Shown here piece after piece: positions 20,411 to 29,955 of a DNA stretch of 64,000 nucleotides. Within the stretch, counting starts at the first letter, position 1, and each line of letters begins with the position of its first letter. This stretch comes from an uncultured Pseudomonadota bacterium (GTDB lineage Bacteria; Oederibacteriota; Muellerivitia; Muellerivitales; Muellerivitaceae), in contig CAWIIP010000002.1 in NCBI GenBank assembly GCA_963836235.1, forward strand, positions 50,025-114,024, written 5' to 3'. Below the pieces are notes generated by a model. The model ran no database searches and was not told where the DNA came from. It saw nothing but the letters and a program-made list of their open reading frames with translations. Both the position numbers and the translations under genes were made by a program.

Positions 20411-20438
20411 AGCGAGCTTTTTTCAAAGGAGAAGTGAA

Positions 20439-20630
20439 ATGAAGAAGCCTAATCAAAAGGGCCAAGGAATGACGGAGTATATTTTAATCGTCGCCTTAAT
20501 TGCCGTTGCTGTCATAGGCGCCGTTAAATTCTTCGGAAATAAAACAAGTGCAGGATTCACAAATACAGCCAATGCCATTAATGGCGCTGTTCAAAGCGGA
20601 GTAAATTCAGGTTCTGCTCCCGTAACCTGA
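20439..20630 (+). CDS. flp: Flp-family prepilin 2 (63 aa)
   Basis: MKKPNQKGQG|MTEYILIVALIAVAVIGAV is a textbook Flp motif. AAGGAG RBS. Confidence 0.85.
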   Translation: MKKPNQKGQGMTEYILIVALIAVAVIGAVKFFGNKTSAGFTNTANAINGAVQSGVNSGSAPVT

Positions 20631-20634
20631 ATCA

Positions 20635-21168
20635 ATGTTAAGAAACCAAAAGGGGCAATCAGCGGTGGAGTTGGCGGTTATTGCCCCTTTTTTATTTTTC
20701 TTTTTTTTTGCTGTAATTCAAGTTTCCTACATTTCTTATGTTTCACTCGCTGTTCAACGAGCCGCTTTAGCCATTGCCCGAACAGCCTCGGTCGGCGGAA
20801 AAAATAATTCTACCGCTTTTAAAATCCAACTTGCCATTTCCCTGCTTCCCCTCATTAGTTTGAATCAAAAAACACTTTTAACGATCTTATCAAGTAATTT
20901 CGAGATTATAACTTCTTGGGACAACACTAATGTTACAGCCCGGGTGAGTTACCCTATGCCCATTTGGGTTCCATTAGTAGGCAATGTTTTTTGCAATCAA
21001 CTTGTACCTTCTGTGAATTATAACAATACGTCTGAGGGTCAGGCTGTTAAAACAGCTTTACAACTTCTAAATCTGAATCCGCCTGATTTATCTTTTCAAG
21101 GAGTTCAATTGCCCGTCCGTTGGATCACTTATGAAGCTACTACTTTCAACGAAGCTTACTGGCACTAA
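20635..21168 (+). CDS. TadE-like pseudopilin
   Basis: N-terminus KGQSAVELAVIAPFLFFFFFAVIQ matches the TadE N-terminal motif. Confidence 0.7.
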   Translation: MLRNQKGQSAVELAVIAPFLFFFFFAVIQVSYISYVSLAVQRAALAIARTASVGGKNNSTAFKIQLAISLLPLISLNQKTLLTILSSNFEIITSWDNTNVTARVSYPMPIWVPLVGNVFCNQLVPSVNYNNTSEGQAVKTALQLLNLNPPDLSFQGVQLPVRWITYEATTFNEAYWH

Positions 21169-21173
21169 ACAAA

Positions 21174-22292
21174 ATGATAACTCTGAAGAATTTCAGCCAA
21201 AAACCTTGTGGGCAAGTCCTATTAGCTACTCTTCTTTTTTGTTTTATTTTCATTGCTCTATTTGCTGGCCTCTACAAAGCCGGGACGGCTTATATCATGA
21301 AAGAACAATCTCGGAGAGCGGTAAATTTAACAGCCTTGTCAGCAGGCGCAATTTATGCCAACGGCCTAGAATTGGTCCGAGAATCCAACGCTATCATTTT
21401 GGTTTGGGCCGGATTTGATGCAATAGTAGTTGGCGATGCTATTGCAGCAGCATTAATGGCACCCCCCCCGTTAGACATTGGAACTGTTATGTTTGCCGCT
21501 GAAGAAGCCGATCCCCATACCCGGGATCCTTGGCAGGACGCCTTTGCTTCTGTATTTGGCGTAGATACGCCTGCCGGAGCTGGGGCATTTCCATCTCTTA
21601 TCGAAGGCCAATCCCTCGCGACCGCAAACGAAAACGGACTTTCATTTATGCCTGTTTTTCTCTACAACTACGAAACCGGGACCGCTACGGATGTCATTGT
21701 GCCAAACATGGCTCTGCGTTTTCGTTATGCAGATGAATTCCTCCCGGAAGATCAAAAAGCAACTTATTCATTAATGCATAATGGCCAAAGGAGTTATTTT
21801 TCGGCGGATCAAGTTGAATCCGCCAACAATCCAAAAAACCCGAACCAAATGCGAGTCAAGGAAAGTTTGGGCCCACCCTATGCCGGCTGGTGGGTCCGCA
21901 AGGAAACCGATGGAAGCAATGATGATACCCAAGGACACAATCCCCTTTCCGTATTTGGTCCTATTTCCAAGTTGAAATTTATTAAGGATTATTTGCATCA
22001 ATTCAAATTGGACATTACCGATAGAGACGACCCACCTTGCCATACTTTCACCCTCCTCGGGAATATCAATGGAAAATTCGGGAATAAAAATAAATCTTTT
22101 TATCAAGCAAGTGAAGTAAGGATAGAAACTAATGGACTCGCACCATGGGACCTGCTGAATCCTTTTCAAATTTATTTAACACTCGTGAATATCGGTGAGT
22201 TCCCGGTTTTACGGGAGGCGTTTGAGACATTTAATAACATACCTGTTTTGAAACAAATCCTTCAAACTTCCGATGCATTGAATGGAATATGA
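21174..22292 (+). CDS. TadG-like / pilus-assembly protein with pseudopilin-type N-terminus (372 aa)
   Basis: CGQVLLATLLFCFIFIALFAGL followed by a large soluble domain. Positioned between two TadE-like genes. Confidence 0.5.
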   Translation: MITLKNFSQKPCGQVLLATLLFCFIFIALFAGLYKAGTAYIMKEQSRRAVNLTALSAGAIYANGLELVRESNAIILVWAGFDAIVVGDAIAAALMAPPPLDIGTVMFAAEEADPHTRDPWQDAFASVFGVDTPAGAGAFPSLIEGQSLATANENGLSFMPVFLYNYETGTATDVIVPNMALRFRYADEFLPEDQKATYSLMHNGQRSYFSADQVESANNPKNPNQMRVKESLGPPYAGWWVRKETDGSNDDTQGHNPLSVFGPISKLKFIKDYLHQFKLDITDRDDPPCHTFTLLGNINGKFGNKNKSFYQASEVRIETNGLAPWDLLNPFQIYLTLVNIGEFPVLREAFETFNNIPVLKQILQTSDALNGI

Positions 22293-22756
22293 GAATTTTC
22301 AAAAATATTAAAACTGAAAAAGGCCAGGCACTTATCGAGATGCTTATCGCCCTCCCGCTCCTGTGCCTCTTCTCCGCCGGCATTATCCAGTTTGCCATTC
22401 TGTTTTTGTCTTATGTCCAATTTGAACACGCTTGTGGCGAAGCTGCTCGGCAATATGCCGCTGGAATAATTGGCAAAGATTCTCTTGAACCCGAAATCGA
22501 GAATAACTTGGGTTACTTCCGGGGTTATTTTGATTTGTATTCACTGACCGCAACGATTCAACAACCTCAATCAGCCCCGGACCGTGTTTTAAATAACGTA
22601 AGGAACATCGTTTCAAAAATACCTGGCGGCCTCACATACGATGGTTATGAATGGTCCGTTAACATCAATTGCAGGCCTCCCTTCTTCTTCGCCGCTATTT
22701 TTACAGGCGGCATTCCCTTCCATACCGTTATGCAAGTTTACCGGTATCCAGGGTAA
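22289..22756 (+). CDS. TadE-like pseudopilin 2
   Basis: KGQALIEMLIALPLLCLFSAGIIQFA. ATGA overlap with the upstream gene. Confidence 0.65.
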   Translation: MRIFKNIKTEKGQALIEMLIALPLLCLFSAGIIQFAILFLSYVQFEHACGEAARQYAAGIIGKDSLEPEIENNLGYFRGYFDLYSLTATIQQPQSAPDRVLNNVRNIVSKIPGGLTYDGYEWSVNINCRPPFFFAAIFTGGIPFHTVMQVYRYPG

Positions 22757-22758
22757 CC

Positions 22759-23481
22759 ATGAAAAACCATAAGTGGTTTTGGATAACATTTGGCACCTGG
22801 TGTTTTATTGCGACAATGGGCGCATGGGCTTTGATTTTTGCGCCTTTTCACTTGAATTCAAAAAAGATTTCTGAATTCCAATTGAAAATCAACGGATATC
22901 CGAGTCAAAACCAAGTTTTAGCCAGCTCAGCTCCAATTGACAAATCTTTGAATGCGATAACCGGACAATGGGAAAGTGAAGGTTGGAAATCTCAGACAAA
23001 TACTATAAATTTGGCTCCCATCCTCATGAACATTCCAGAAAATTACGAAAAGTTGGCGTCTTCATTAGTGCAACTTCAGATATTTCAAAAAAACGGGGAT
23101 TATCGTCTTTTGGGACTCTTTGATAACTCCAACAATAATCAAACTTATCAATGGATTGAAGAGGTCCCTAAAAAAGCAATCCAGTCCGAAGATCCATCTA
23201 AAGTTGAATTTCCGCTGAAACCTCCACAATCTGCTTTAAATGTTTTTACGATTAAGTCCAAAAAAATTGAAACATGTGGTTGGTCATTTTCCTCAAGTTC
23301 AAAAATCGAAGATCAATTCATCCACACTTATGCTTCCGAAGGATTCAATGGAAAAATTTGGTCGAAACATACTGGTGAATCAGTTTATATCCTCCAAAGG
23401 GGGACTATTAAACTTTTAGCTGTCCTGAATCAATCGGGCAACAGAAATACAATTTCATTGGTGAAACTCAACAAAAGATAG
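22759..23481 (+). CDS. Hypothetical single-pass membrane protein (240 aa) in the Tad locus
   Basis: Internal ATG at 22759 lies 2 nt after the preceding stop. N-terminal TM WFWITFGTWCFIATMGAWALIFA. Confidence 0.5.
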   Translation: MKNHKWFWITFGTWCFIATMGAWALIFAPFHLNSKKISEFQLKINGYPSQNQVLASSAPIDKSLNAITGQWESEGWKSQTNTINLAPILMNIPENYEKLASSLVQLQIFQKNGDYRLLGLFDNSNNNQTYQWIEEVPKKAIQSEDPSKVEFPLKPPQSALNVFTIKSKKIETCGWSFSSSSKIEDQFIHTYASEGFNGKIWSKHTGESVYILQRGTIKLLAVLNQSGNRNTISLVKLNKR

Positions 23482-23543
23482 TTTAAAATTCAGTGCATTT
23501 TCTATTCAAGGTGATTTTTTGACGTAATTGGCGCGGGGGCATC

Positions 23544-24326
23544 ATGAATAATCGGAATTCAATCATCGCACTCATTGTTGGAGTTTTCTGTGGTGCGCTA
23601 GCTTTCTTCTTGCTTTATCAAACCGCTTCCGAAATCGAAAAGAAGGCAACACCCGTTCAAGTATTAGTTGCTTCCGATTACATACCAGTTGGCGTCTTTT
23701 TAAAAGCCAATATGGTTGAAAAAAAAACCGTCCCAGAGTCGTTTGTGAGCCCGAGTGCTATACGCGATTTGCGGGAAGTGGACGATTTGATGACATTAGT
23801 TCCTATTTCAGAGGGCGAACAAATCCAGTCCAATAAGTTTGGAACGGGTGAAGAGACCCTGGCCTTGTCCCTAAACCCCGGTTTCCGGGCCTATACTCTT
23901 GAAGTAAATGAAACCAGTGGTGTCGGAAACCTCATCCGGCCCGGCAATCATGTGGACATTCTAACCAAGCTCGATTCCGACAAACGTGAAGTGACTTCCT
24001 TTGTTTTCCAGAATCTACAAGTATTGGCCGTCGGTCAAAAGCTGAATTCGATTCAACATTCCAAAAAAGAGAAAGAGTCTATCGTCGATGATAGCAATTC
24101 TGGATATAGCACTATCACTTTGGCCGTCACCCCGGAGCAAGCTGAAACCTTGATGTATTTGGACGGCCGTCCCCTTCGATTGATATTGCGGAGTTCCAAT
24201 GACGACGAAATTGTTTCGGTAACAAATCAAAGTGAAGCGGAAGTTCTTTCAAAACTTGGGCATTTCGTGCCGTCCACGCATCACAACATTGAAATTATTC
24301 GGGGCGGTGTAAAGCAAGGAGAATAA
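23544..24326 (+). CDS. cpaB: Flp pilus assembly protein CpaB/RcpC
   Basis: N-terminal TM plus a SAF-like segment, with layout and length typical of CpaB. Directly precedes the secretin. Confidence 0.75.
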   Translation: MNNRNSIIALIVGVFCGALAFFLLYQTASEIEKKATPVQVLVASDYIPVGVFLKANMVEKKTVPESFVSPSAIRDLREVDDLMTLVPISEGEQIQSNKFGTGEETLALSLNPGFRAYTLEVNETSGVGNLIRPGNHVDILTKLDSDKREVTSFVFQNLQVLAVGQKLNSIQHSKKEKESIVDDSNSGYSTITLAVTPEQAETLMYLDGRPLRLILRSSNDDEIVSVTNQSEAEVLSKLGHFVPSTHHNIEIIRGGVKQGE

Positions 24327-24328
24327 GT

Positions 24329-25333
24329 ATGCGTAAGAATAATTTTAGGTTTTTTCTTTTTTTGACGATATTTACATCGAACGTTTTTGCCGGGCCCAGC
24401 CCTATACACTTAACCATTGGCGAATCAAAGTTAATTCATGTCGAATCCGCCAAAAAAGTCGCCATTGGAAACTCTGCTATCGCAGATGTAACCGCCGTCA
24501 GCGACCAAGAAATTTTAATTTCAGCCAAATCAGCCGGAAACACCAATCTTATTTTTATCTCTCCCGATGGTGAAAAAGAAACCCGTGCCATAACCGTTTC
24601 GACTCATAATCTGAAGAAATCCATGGTGGAAGTAGACGTTGAAATCATGGAAATCGAGTCCACAAGTGCGCTTATGGCTGGTTTAAGCTGGGGTTCAATT
24701 TCGGATACTTCTACTACTACCAATATTACACAAAATAACATTTCCATAAGTGAAAACTCCCCTCCACCGCTTGTCGCTTTCAGTTCACTAACCCGACAAG
24801 CCCTTTCAGCGAGTATCCAACTACTGATTAACCGAGGCAAAGCCAAGATTCTTTCAAAACCAAAACTTTTAGCAGTAAGCGGAGAGGACGCCAGCTTTTT
24901 GGCCGGTGGCGAAGTTCCTTATGTCACGCAAAGCCAACTCGGTTCAACGAACGTTCAATGGAAACCTTACGGTGTGAAACTAAAAGCTCGTCCAACAATC
25001 GATGCCGATGGCAATATCGCTGCTAGCCTTCGAGCTGAAGTGAGTGGACTCGATCCTCAAAATGGAGTGTCCACCGGAAACGGGATTGTCATTCCCGCCT
25101 TACGGACCCGTTGGGTAGAAACAACGGTATATATGAAAAGTGGAAGCACATTGGTGATTGCTGGACTCATCGACGATGAAAGTCAAAAATTGACTTCTGG
25201 AATTCCCTTGTTGAGTGACATACCCATTCTCGGCGAACTTTTCCGATTCACTGATAATACTCACAATGAAACCGAACTCGTCATTTTTGTCACAACCTCT
25301 TTAGTAGGACAAACAGACGAAGAAGAAAATTAA
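24329..25333 (+). CDS. cpaC: CpaC/RcpA-type secretin (short, 334 aa)
   Basis: N-terminal pilus-formation domain (LTIGESKLIHV..AIGNSAIADV..ILISAKSAGNTNLI). Secretin core (KPKLLAVSGEDASFLAGGEVPY ... GIPLLSDIPILGELFR ... ELVIFVT). Confidence 0.85.
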   Translation: MRKNNFRFFLFLTIFTSNVFAGPSPIHLTIGESKLIHVESAKKVAIGNSAIADVTAVSDQEILISAKSAGNTNLIFISPDGEKETRAITVSTHNLKKSMVEVDVEIMEIESTSALMAGLSWGSISDTSTTTNITQNNISISENSPPPLVAFSSLTRQALSASIQLLINRGKAKILSKPKLLAVSGEDASFLAGGEVPYVTQSQLGSTNVQWKPYGVKLKARPTIDADGNIAASLRAEVSGLDPQNGVSTGNGIVIPALRTRWVETTVYMKSGSTLVIAGLIDDESQKLTSGIPLLSDIPILGELFRFTDNTHNETELVIFVTTSLVGQTDEEEN

Positions 25334-25334
25334 T

Positions 25335-25850
25335 TCATTTTTCTGCTTTAGGCGCCCCCAACACCCCTTCCACTAAATCCCCTGCTTTAAGCCCGTTTTG
25401 GGTGAACCAACCAGCGTTCATTTCGAGCGCGAATTTGGCGGGCCCATTGGAAGGAAAAGTTTGCTCGGTTTGTGGGGGCATTTCCAGGGTATTCAGAACG
25501 ACCCCCTTCTCATCCATAAAAGCGATGCTGAGGGGGATAACGGTGTTTTTCATCCAAAAATAACGTTGCGCCGTGTCGTCAAAAACAAAAAGCATCCCGT
25601 TGTCCCAATCCATGCGCTGACGGAACATTAGACCCGTTTCTCGGGTTGCTTCTTGATTGGCTACCTCCACAAAAATCTCGTGCCCATTTAATTTCAGGGA
25701 AGAAACGGGCAGATCACTCTTGAGAACATGCCGACAGGAGAAACCAAAAAGAACAACCATCCCAAAGAAGAGAATGGTTTTCAAAAATGTCCGGTTCAGT
25801 TTAAAGCTATTCAATTTTCCATCCTTAACTCTTAACCTAACCAGCACCAA
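25335..25850 (-). CDS. DUF192 (COG1430)-like protein
   Basis: ..VEVANQEATRETGLMFR..GMLFVF..FWMKNTVIPLSIAF.. resembles the DUF192 signature. Start is uncertain (TTG at 25850). Confidence 0.55.
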   Translation of the reverse strand: MVLVRLRVKDGKLNSFKLNRTFLKTILFFGMVVLFGFSCRHVLKSDLPVSSLKLNGHEIFVEVANQEATRETGLMFRQRMDWDNGMLFVFDDTAQRYFWMKNTVIPLSIAFMDEKGVVLNTLEMPPQTEQTFPSNGPAKFALEMNAGWFTQNGLKAGDLVEGVLGAPKAEK

Positions 25851-25934
25851 AAACCTGAAAAAAGCCTTATTTTCAAGGGCTTTTCGAGTGATTTAAATTG
25901 ACCTCGCTGATCAACTTACTTTAATATATCCCAT

Positions 25935-27050
25935 ATGAAAAAACTTTGTTTAACTTTTGTTTTCATTTTAATGGCCCTCCCCTTCCTATCTCAAGAAGCC
26001 TTTTCAGCAACTCATAAGAAGAAGAAATCTAAAAAAGTAGTTTTGGCCACAACCCCGACACCCGTGGTTACTCTCGCGCCAACTCCTGCCCCAGCAATTG
26101 TGGAACGAAACCACGGGGTTCCTCGTGAAAAACTATCGGTCGCCTATGGCTATGCTAAAAGCCTCTTTGCCGCAAAGGATTTTGATAAAGCAAAAGAAAT
26201 CTTCAAGAAGCTTGTGCTGGTTTCCACCGATTCGGACCTTAACGCCAATTCTCTTTATTTATATTCCCAATGCTCCTTCCGCACTGAGGATTATGCGGCC
26301 TGCGTGAGGGCCCTGACCATCCTGGCGAAGAGGTGGCCCACCACCCCTCTTATCAAAACTGGTTATGTTTCCCACTTTTGCTCGGCTCTCATCAAAGAAG
26401 TCGCTAGCGTCCAGACCAATTGGGATTATTACCGTTTCAAGGAAAGAATAAATGAGGATGGAACCCCCCTTTGGAAGGAAAGCATCCCGCCAGGCTTCAA
26501 GATTAAGCGGATCAATTTCAAGCTAGGTTTCGGCCTTTACCGCGTCTTGAAGATCATCAATCCCGACGCGCCGGAAGCCCGACTCGCGAAAGCCCAGTTA
26601 AATTACATGCTTAACGCTCCCATCACCATGCTTTGGGTGGATGAAAAAGCGCCGTCCAATAAATGGGGTCATCCGGAGGATTTTGTTTCTTATTTCTCAA
26701 CGGTGGAGAAAAAGGATTTTTCGAACGTGATATGCGACAGGATGTTCTTCGATTGGAAAACCGAGAAACTTTACCTGTTCCTGAACATGGATGACGATGT
26801 GCGCAACTTGAAGCCTCGCTTCATCGCCATGACCAAGGAAGCAGACGAATCCGAAGCCCCGGCCGCTCCTTCTTCTGCTGTTCAAGGGGCGCCTCCCGTT
26901 CCCGGAGTTAACGCTACCGCCATTCTACCCCAGCAGGATCCAACAGCCGTCTTGACCCTGTCCAAATTGTTTCTTGTCTCCGGTTATAATCCTTACGACG
27001 ACAGTTACACGAGCACTATTGAATCCTCACCCACTGACCTGAATCTTTGA
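25935..27050 (+). CDS. Secreted protein with TPR-like helical segment; a TadD-type pilotin analogue is possible but unproven
   Basis: Signal peptide MKKLCLTFVFILMALPFLSQEAFS. Helical repeat-like YGYAKSLFAAKDFDKAKEIFKKLV..SLYLYSQCSFRTEDYAACVRAL. Confidence 0.4.
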   Translation: MKKLCLTFVFILMALPFLSQEAFSATHKKKKSKKVVLATTPTPVVTLAPTPAPAIVERNHGVPREKLSVAYGYAKSLFAAKDFDKAKEIFKKLVLVSTDSDLNANSLYLYSQCSFRTEDYAACVRALTILAKRWPTTPLIKTGYVSHFCSALIKEVASVQTNWDYYRFKERINEDGTPLWKESIPPGFKIKRINFKLGFGLYRVLKIINPDAPEARLAKAQLNYMLNAPITMLWVDEKAPSNKWGHPEDFVSYFSTVEKKDFSNVICDRMFFDWKTEKLYLFLNMDDDVRNLKPRFIAMTKEADESEAPAAPSSAVQGAPPVPGVNATAILPQQDPTAVLTLSKLFLVSGYNPYDDSYTSTIESSPTDLNL

Positions 27051-27057
27051 GTCACCC

Positions 27058-27435
27058 ATGAATTTCCGTTTGTGCTTTCTGGCGGCTTTTTTCTTAATTT
27101 TCTCAACTGTCTTGGCCGCTGATTTACCTACCGCAACTCCAGACACTTCTTTAACAACATCCGCGACTCCCAAACCCACTCCCGTCAAACCCAATTATTC
27201 CAATAGCCCCAGTACGACAGAAGCCCTTGTGATTCATAAACCCAAACCATCCCCGGCTTGGGGAAAAGTCATTCAATACCACCGGGAGCAAGTAACATCC
27301 TTGTCCGATAAAGAGCAAGAAACGCTACATCAGTTCGTTTTTCAGGATGATAACGGGATTATTCGAACCGCTATATTCCACGAAAACGCTTCAGGCGATG
27401 GTTACTGGGAAGTTTGGGTATGGGATCAACCTTAG
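27058..27435 (+). CDS. Small secreted hypothetical protein (125 aa)
   Basis: Signal peptide MNFRLCFLAAFFLIFSTVLA. No motif recognised. Confidence 0.45.
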   Translation: MNFRLCFLAAFFLIFSTVLAADLPTATPDTSLTTSATPKPTPVKPNYSNSPSTTEALVIHKPKPSPAWGKVIQYHREQVTSLSDKEQETLHQFVFQDDNGIIRTAIFHENASGDGYWEVWVWDQP

Positions 27436-29483
27436 AAAGCAAAGGAACGATCACCTCTTTTTTAGGTGCCAAAGGCGGCGTTGGTTGCTCTATTCTGACA
27501 TCTCTCTTGGGTCGGATCATAGCCAAGAAAATTCCTAAAAAAATCGCCGTTATTGATGCGGCCCCTTCCCGCCATTCCCTGCTTCCATCCTACTTATCCA
27601 TTCTATCTTCTAGTCATTGTTTAACCCAACTTCAACCCTACCAAGACCAAATTTCTCCAAACATGATTGAAAACTTTTTTTCCTTCTCTCCCGAAGGAGC
27701 GGCTTATGTTCCGATCAAATCAAACGATGAAATCCAGGTTTCTTTTTCCGATCTTTCTTTGCTGCTTCAAAAACTCGGTCAATGGTTTTCAGAAATTTTC
27801 ATTGATCTCTCGTCTTTTCCAAACGACCAATATTTTTCTTTTCTCGAAAAAAGCGATAGGGTCTTCTTCATTTCCTCTCTAGAGCCAACTTCTCTCGCCG
27901 CTTTGAAACATTGGGAAAAACGTTTATTGCCTTTTCACTTTCAATTTCAAAGTCTTGGAATCATTTTCAACCAAGAAAATATCAGTCACTCAGTTCCAAA
28001 AGACATTTCCAATTGGGCAAAAAATTTTAGCCATACCGGGAATATTCCATTTTTGGGGGGAAATTTATCCATAGATTTACTTGAAAACAAGGAATTAACA
28101 ACCTTCTTGGAAAAAACCTTGTTTCCAATATCGGAAAAAATATTGGCCTCACAACAATTCATTCATGCGTTCAACCCTATTGGAACCAACCCCTCACTCA
28201 ATGAAAACATTGAATCCGATTCCTGCCCTATCTCTTTAGAACAAATCCACCAACTCCATCAAAAATTACTGGATCAGTTAAGAAAATCTGGAGCCATGAA
28301 AAATCAAAAAAATGGTGAAATTTTACAACGACAGGCATTAGAACCCAACGCACGTGAAATTTTGGATCAGCTTATTCAGGAAATGGAAATTCAAAACAGA
28401 GAAACTCGCCAAAAACTTGTCACCGAAACTCTCAATCTCGCTTTTGGACTTGGCCCTTTGGAACCTCTCCTTCAGAACGAGGAAGTTACCGAAATAATGG
28501 TCAATGGCCCCCAACAGATTTATATAGAAAAAAAAGGGATGTTAGAAAAAACAAATCTTCATTTCCTTGACGATCAACAATTAAGAACCGTTATCGAAAG
28601 AATATTGGCGCCCATTGGCCGCCGAATCGATGAAAGCCAACCCTATGTCGATGGCCGTTTATTGGACGGTTCACGAATAAACGCAATTATCCCGCCCTTA
28701 AGCTTAAACGGCCCAATTTTAACAATTCGTAAATTTTCAAAAAGAAAACTAAAAGTGGAGGATCTTGTAAATTTAGGTTCCCTGACCTCGGAAGCGGCGG
28801 ATTTTCTCGGAGCATGTGTAAGAGCAAAAAAGAACATCGTCGTATCGGGCGGAACAGGATCCGGCAAGACTACCTTGCTAAACATACTTTCAAACTTCAT
28901 TCCAGCCAATGAACGTATCGTCACCATCGAAGATTCAGCTGAATTACAGCTTTCACAAGATCACGTCGTCCGCTTGGAAAGTCGTCCCTCAAATCTGGAA
29001 GGAAAAGGACAGGTGGCTATTCGGGATTTGGTAATCAATGCCCTTCGAATGCGGCCCGACCGGATTGTGGTGGGCGAATGCCGCGGCGGCGAATCACTCG
29101 ATATGCTTCAAGCCATGAATACCGGTCACGACGGATCATTAACTACGGCTCACGCCAATTCGCCAAGAGATGTTCTTTCACGCCTTGAAACAATGTGTCT
29201 TTTTACCGGCCTCGATCTTCCTTTAAAAGCCATTCGCGAGCAAATCGCAAGGGCTGTTCACCTTGTCGTTCAACAAAACCGCCTGCCCAACGGTAAAAGA
29301 TCTGTGACTCAAATTTCACAAATTCAAGGTATGGAAGGAGATGTCATCATCACCCAGGATGTATTTAAATTTGAGGAAGGCAAAGGACTTATTCGCCTTC
29401 CTTTCACACCATTATTTATCGAAGATTTAAATTCAGTGGGATATCAATGGCCAGGGCATAAAGAAAAAAATCATAATATTTAA
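27414..29483 (+). CDS. Fusion protein: N-terminal TadZ/CpaE-like MinD/ParA fold with degenerate Walker A, plus C-terminal CpaF/TadA secretion ATPase
   Basis: N-terminus: [56 protein letters not shown]-terminus: [14 protein letters not shown] (Walker A), [11 protein letters not shown] (Walker B), [12 protein letters not shown] (His box). Confidence 0.7.
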   Translation: MGMGSTLESKGTITSFLGAKGGVGCSILTSLLGRIIAKKIPKKIAVIDAAPSRHSLLPSYLSILSSSHCLTQLQPYQDQISPNMIENFFSFSPEGAAYVPIKSNDEIQVSFSDLSLLLQKLGQWFSEIFIDLSSFPNDQYFSFLEKSDRVFFISSLEPTSLAALKHWEKRLLPFHFQFQSLGIIFNQENISHSVPKDISNWAKNFSHTGNIPFLGGNLSIDLLENKELTTFLEKTLFPISEKILASQQFIHAFNPIGTNPSLNENIESDSCPISLEQIHQLHQKLLDQLRKSGAMKNQKNGEILQRQALEPNAREILDQLIQEMEIQNRETRQKLVTETLNLAFGLGPLEPLLQNEEVTEIMVNGPQQIYIEKKGMLEKTNLHFLDDQQLRTVIERILAPIGRRIDESQPYVDGRLLDGSRINAIIPPLSLNGPILTIRKFSKRKLKVEDLVNLGSLTSEAADFLGACVRAKKNIVVSGGTGSGKTTLLNILSNFIPANERIVTIEDSAELQLSQDHVVRLESRPSNLEGKGQVAIRDLVINALRMRPDRIVVGECRGGESLDMLQAMNTGHDGSLTTAHANSPRDVLSRLETMCLFTGLDLPLKAIREQIARAVHLVVQQNRLPNGKRSVTQISQIQGMEGDVIITQDVFKFEEGKGLIRLPFTPLFIEDLNSVGYQWPGHKEKNHNI

Positions 29484-29941
29484 TTTTTCGAGAGTACTTT
29501 CTTTTGCATATCTTTTTCTAAAGTCGTCAGCGGAGCGGGCTGGTAACTGCTGTCCCCCACGGGTGTGATTTGCGCCACCTCATCTTTGTATTTTTGGAAA
29601 TCAGGACGTAAAGTCCGAACATCCGCGTCCAAGGGGCCCTCAGGCGGTATCCAATCCCCTATATAAGCCCTGCAGATAAATTCCTTTTCCGCCGCCCAAT
29701 CCACCCAATGGGTATGGGGTAAATAATAGAACTCCTGGACTTCCTGGTAATCCCACATCGCTTCTTTATATTTCTTGTCGGCAAAATGGGCTTCGCCCCT
29801 CTCATAAGCCGCATGGGCACGCCGGACGACTTCCAAGTTCGCCATCCCATACATGATTAAAAGAGTGGCAAAGATTAAACCCGCGGTTTTAAACCCGTCT
29901 CGTTTAAAAAAGGGGCGTTTTTCATTTTCAGTAACGGTCAA
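29480..29941 (-). CDS. Hypothetical membrane-anchored protein (153 aa)
   Basis: TTG start with GGAGG 7 nt upstream, 14 nt after the pheS stop. One TM (TAGLIFATLLIMYGMA). Confidence 0.5.
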   Translation of the reverse strand: MTVTENEKRPFFKRDGFKTAGLIFATLLIMYGMANLEVVRRAHAAYERGEAHFADKKYKEAMWDYQEVQEFYYLPHTHWVDWAAEKEFICRAYIGDWIPPEGPLDADVRTLRPDFQKYKDEVAQITPVGDSSYQPAPLTTLEKDMQKKVLSKN

Positions 29942-29955
29942 GAGAAAACCTCCAT

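Noticed and set aside
19913-29483. Treating the Tad block as a mobile element or genomic island with defined ends
   Set aside because: Only compositional and strand evidence supports this. No integrase, transposase, flanking direct repeats or adjacent tRNA were seen, so I report it as 'probably acquired' and not as a mobile_element feature.
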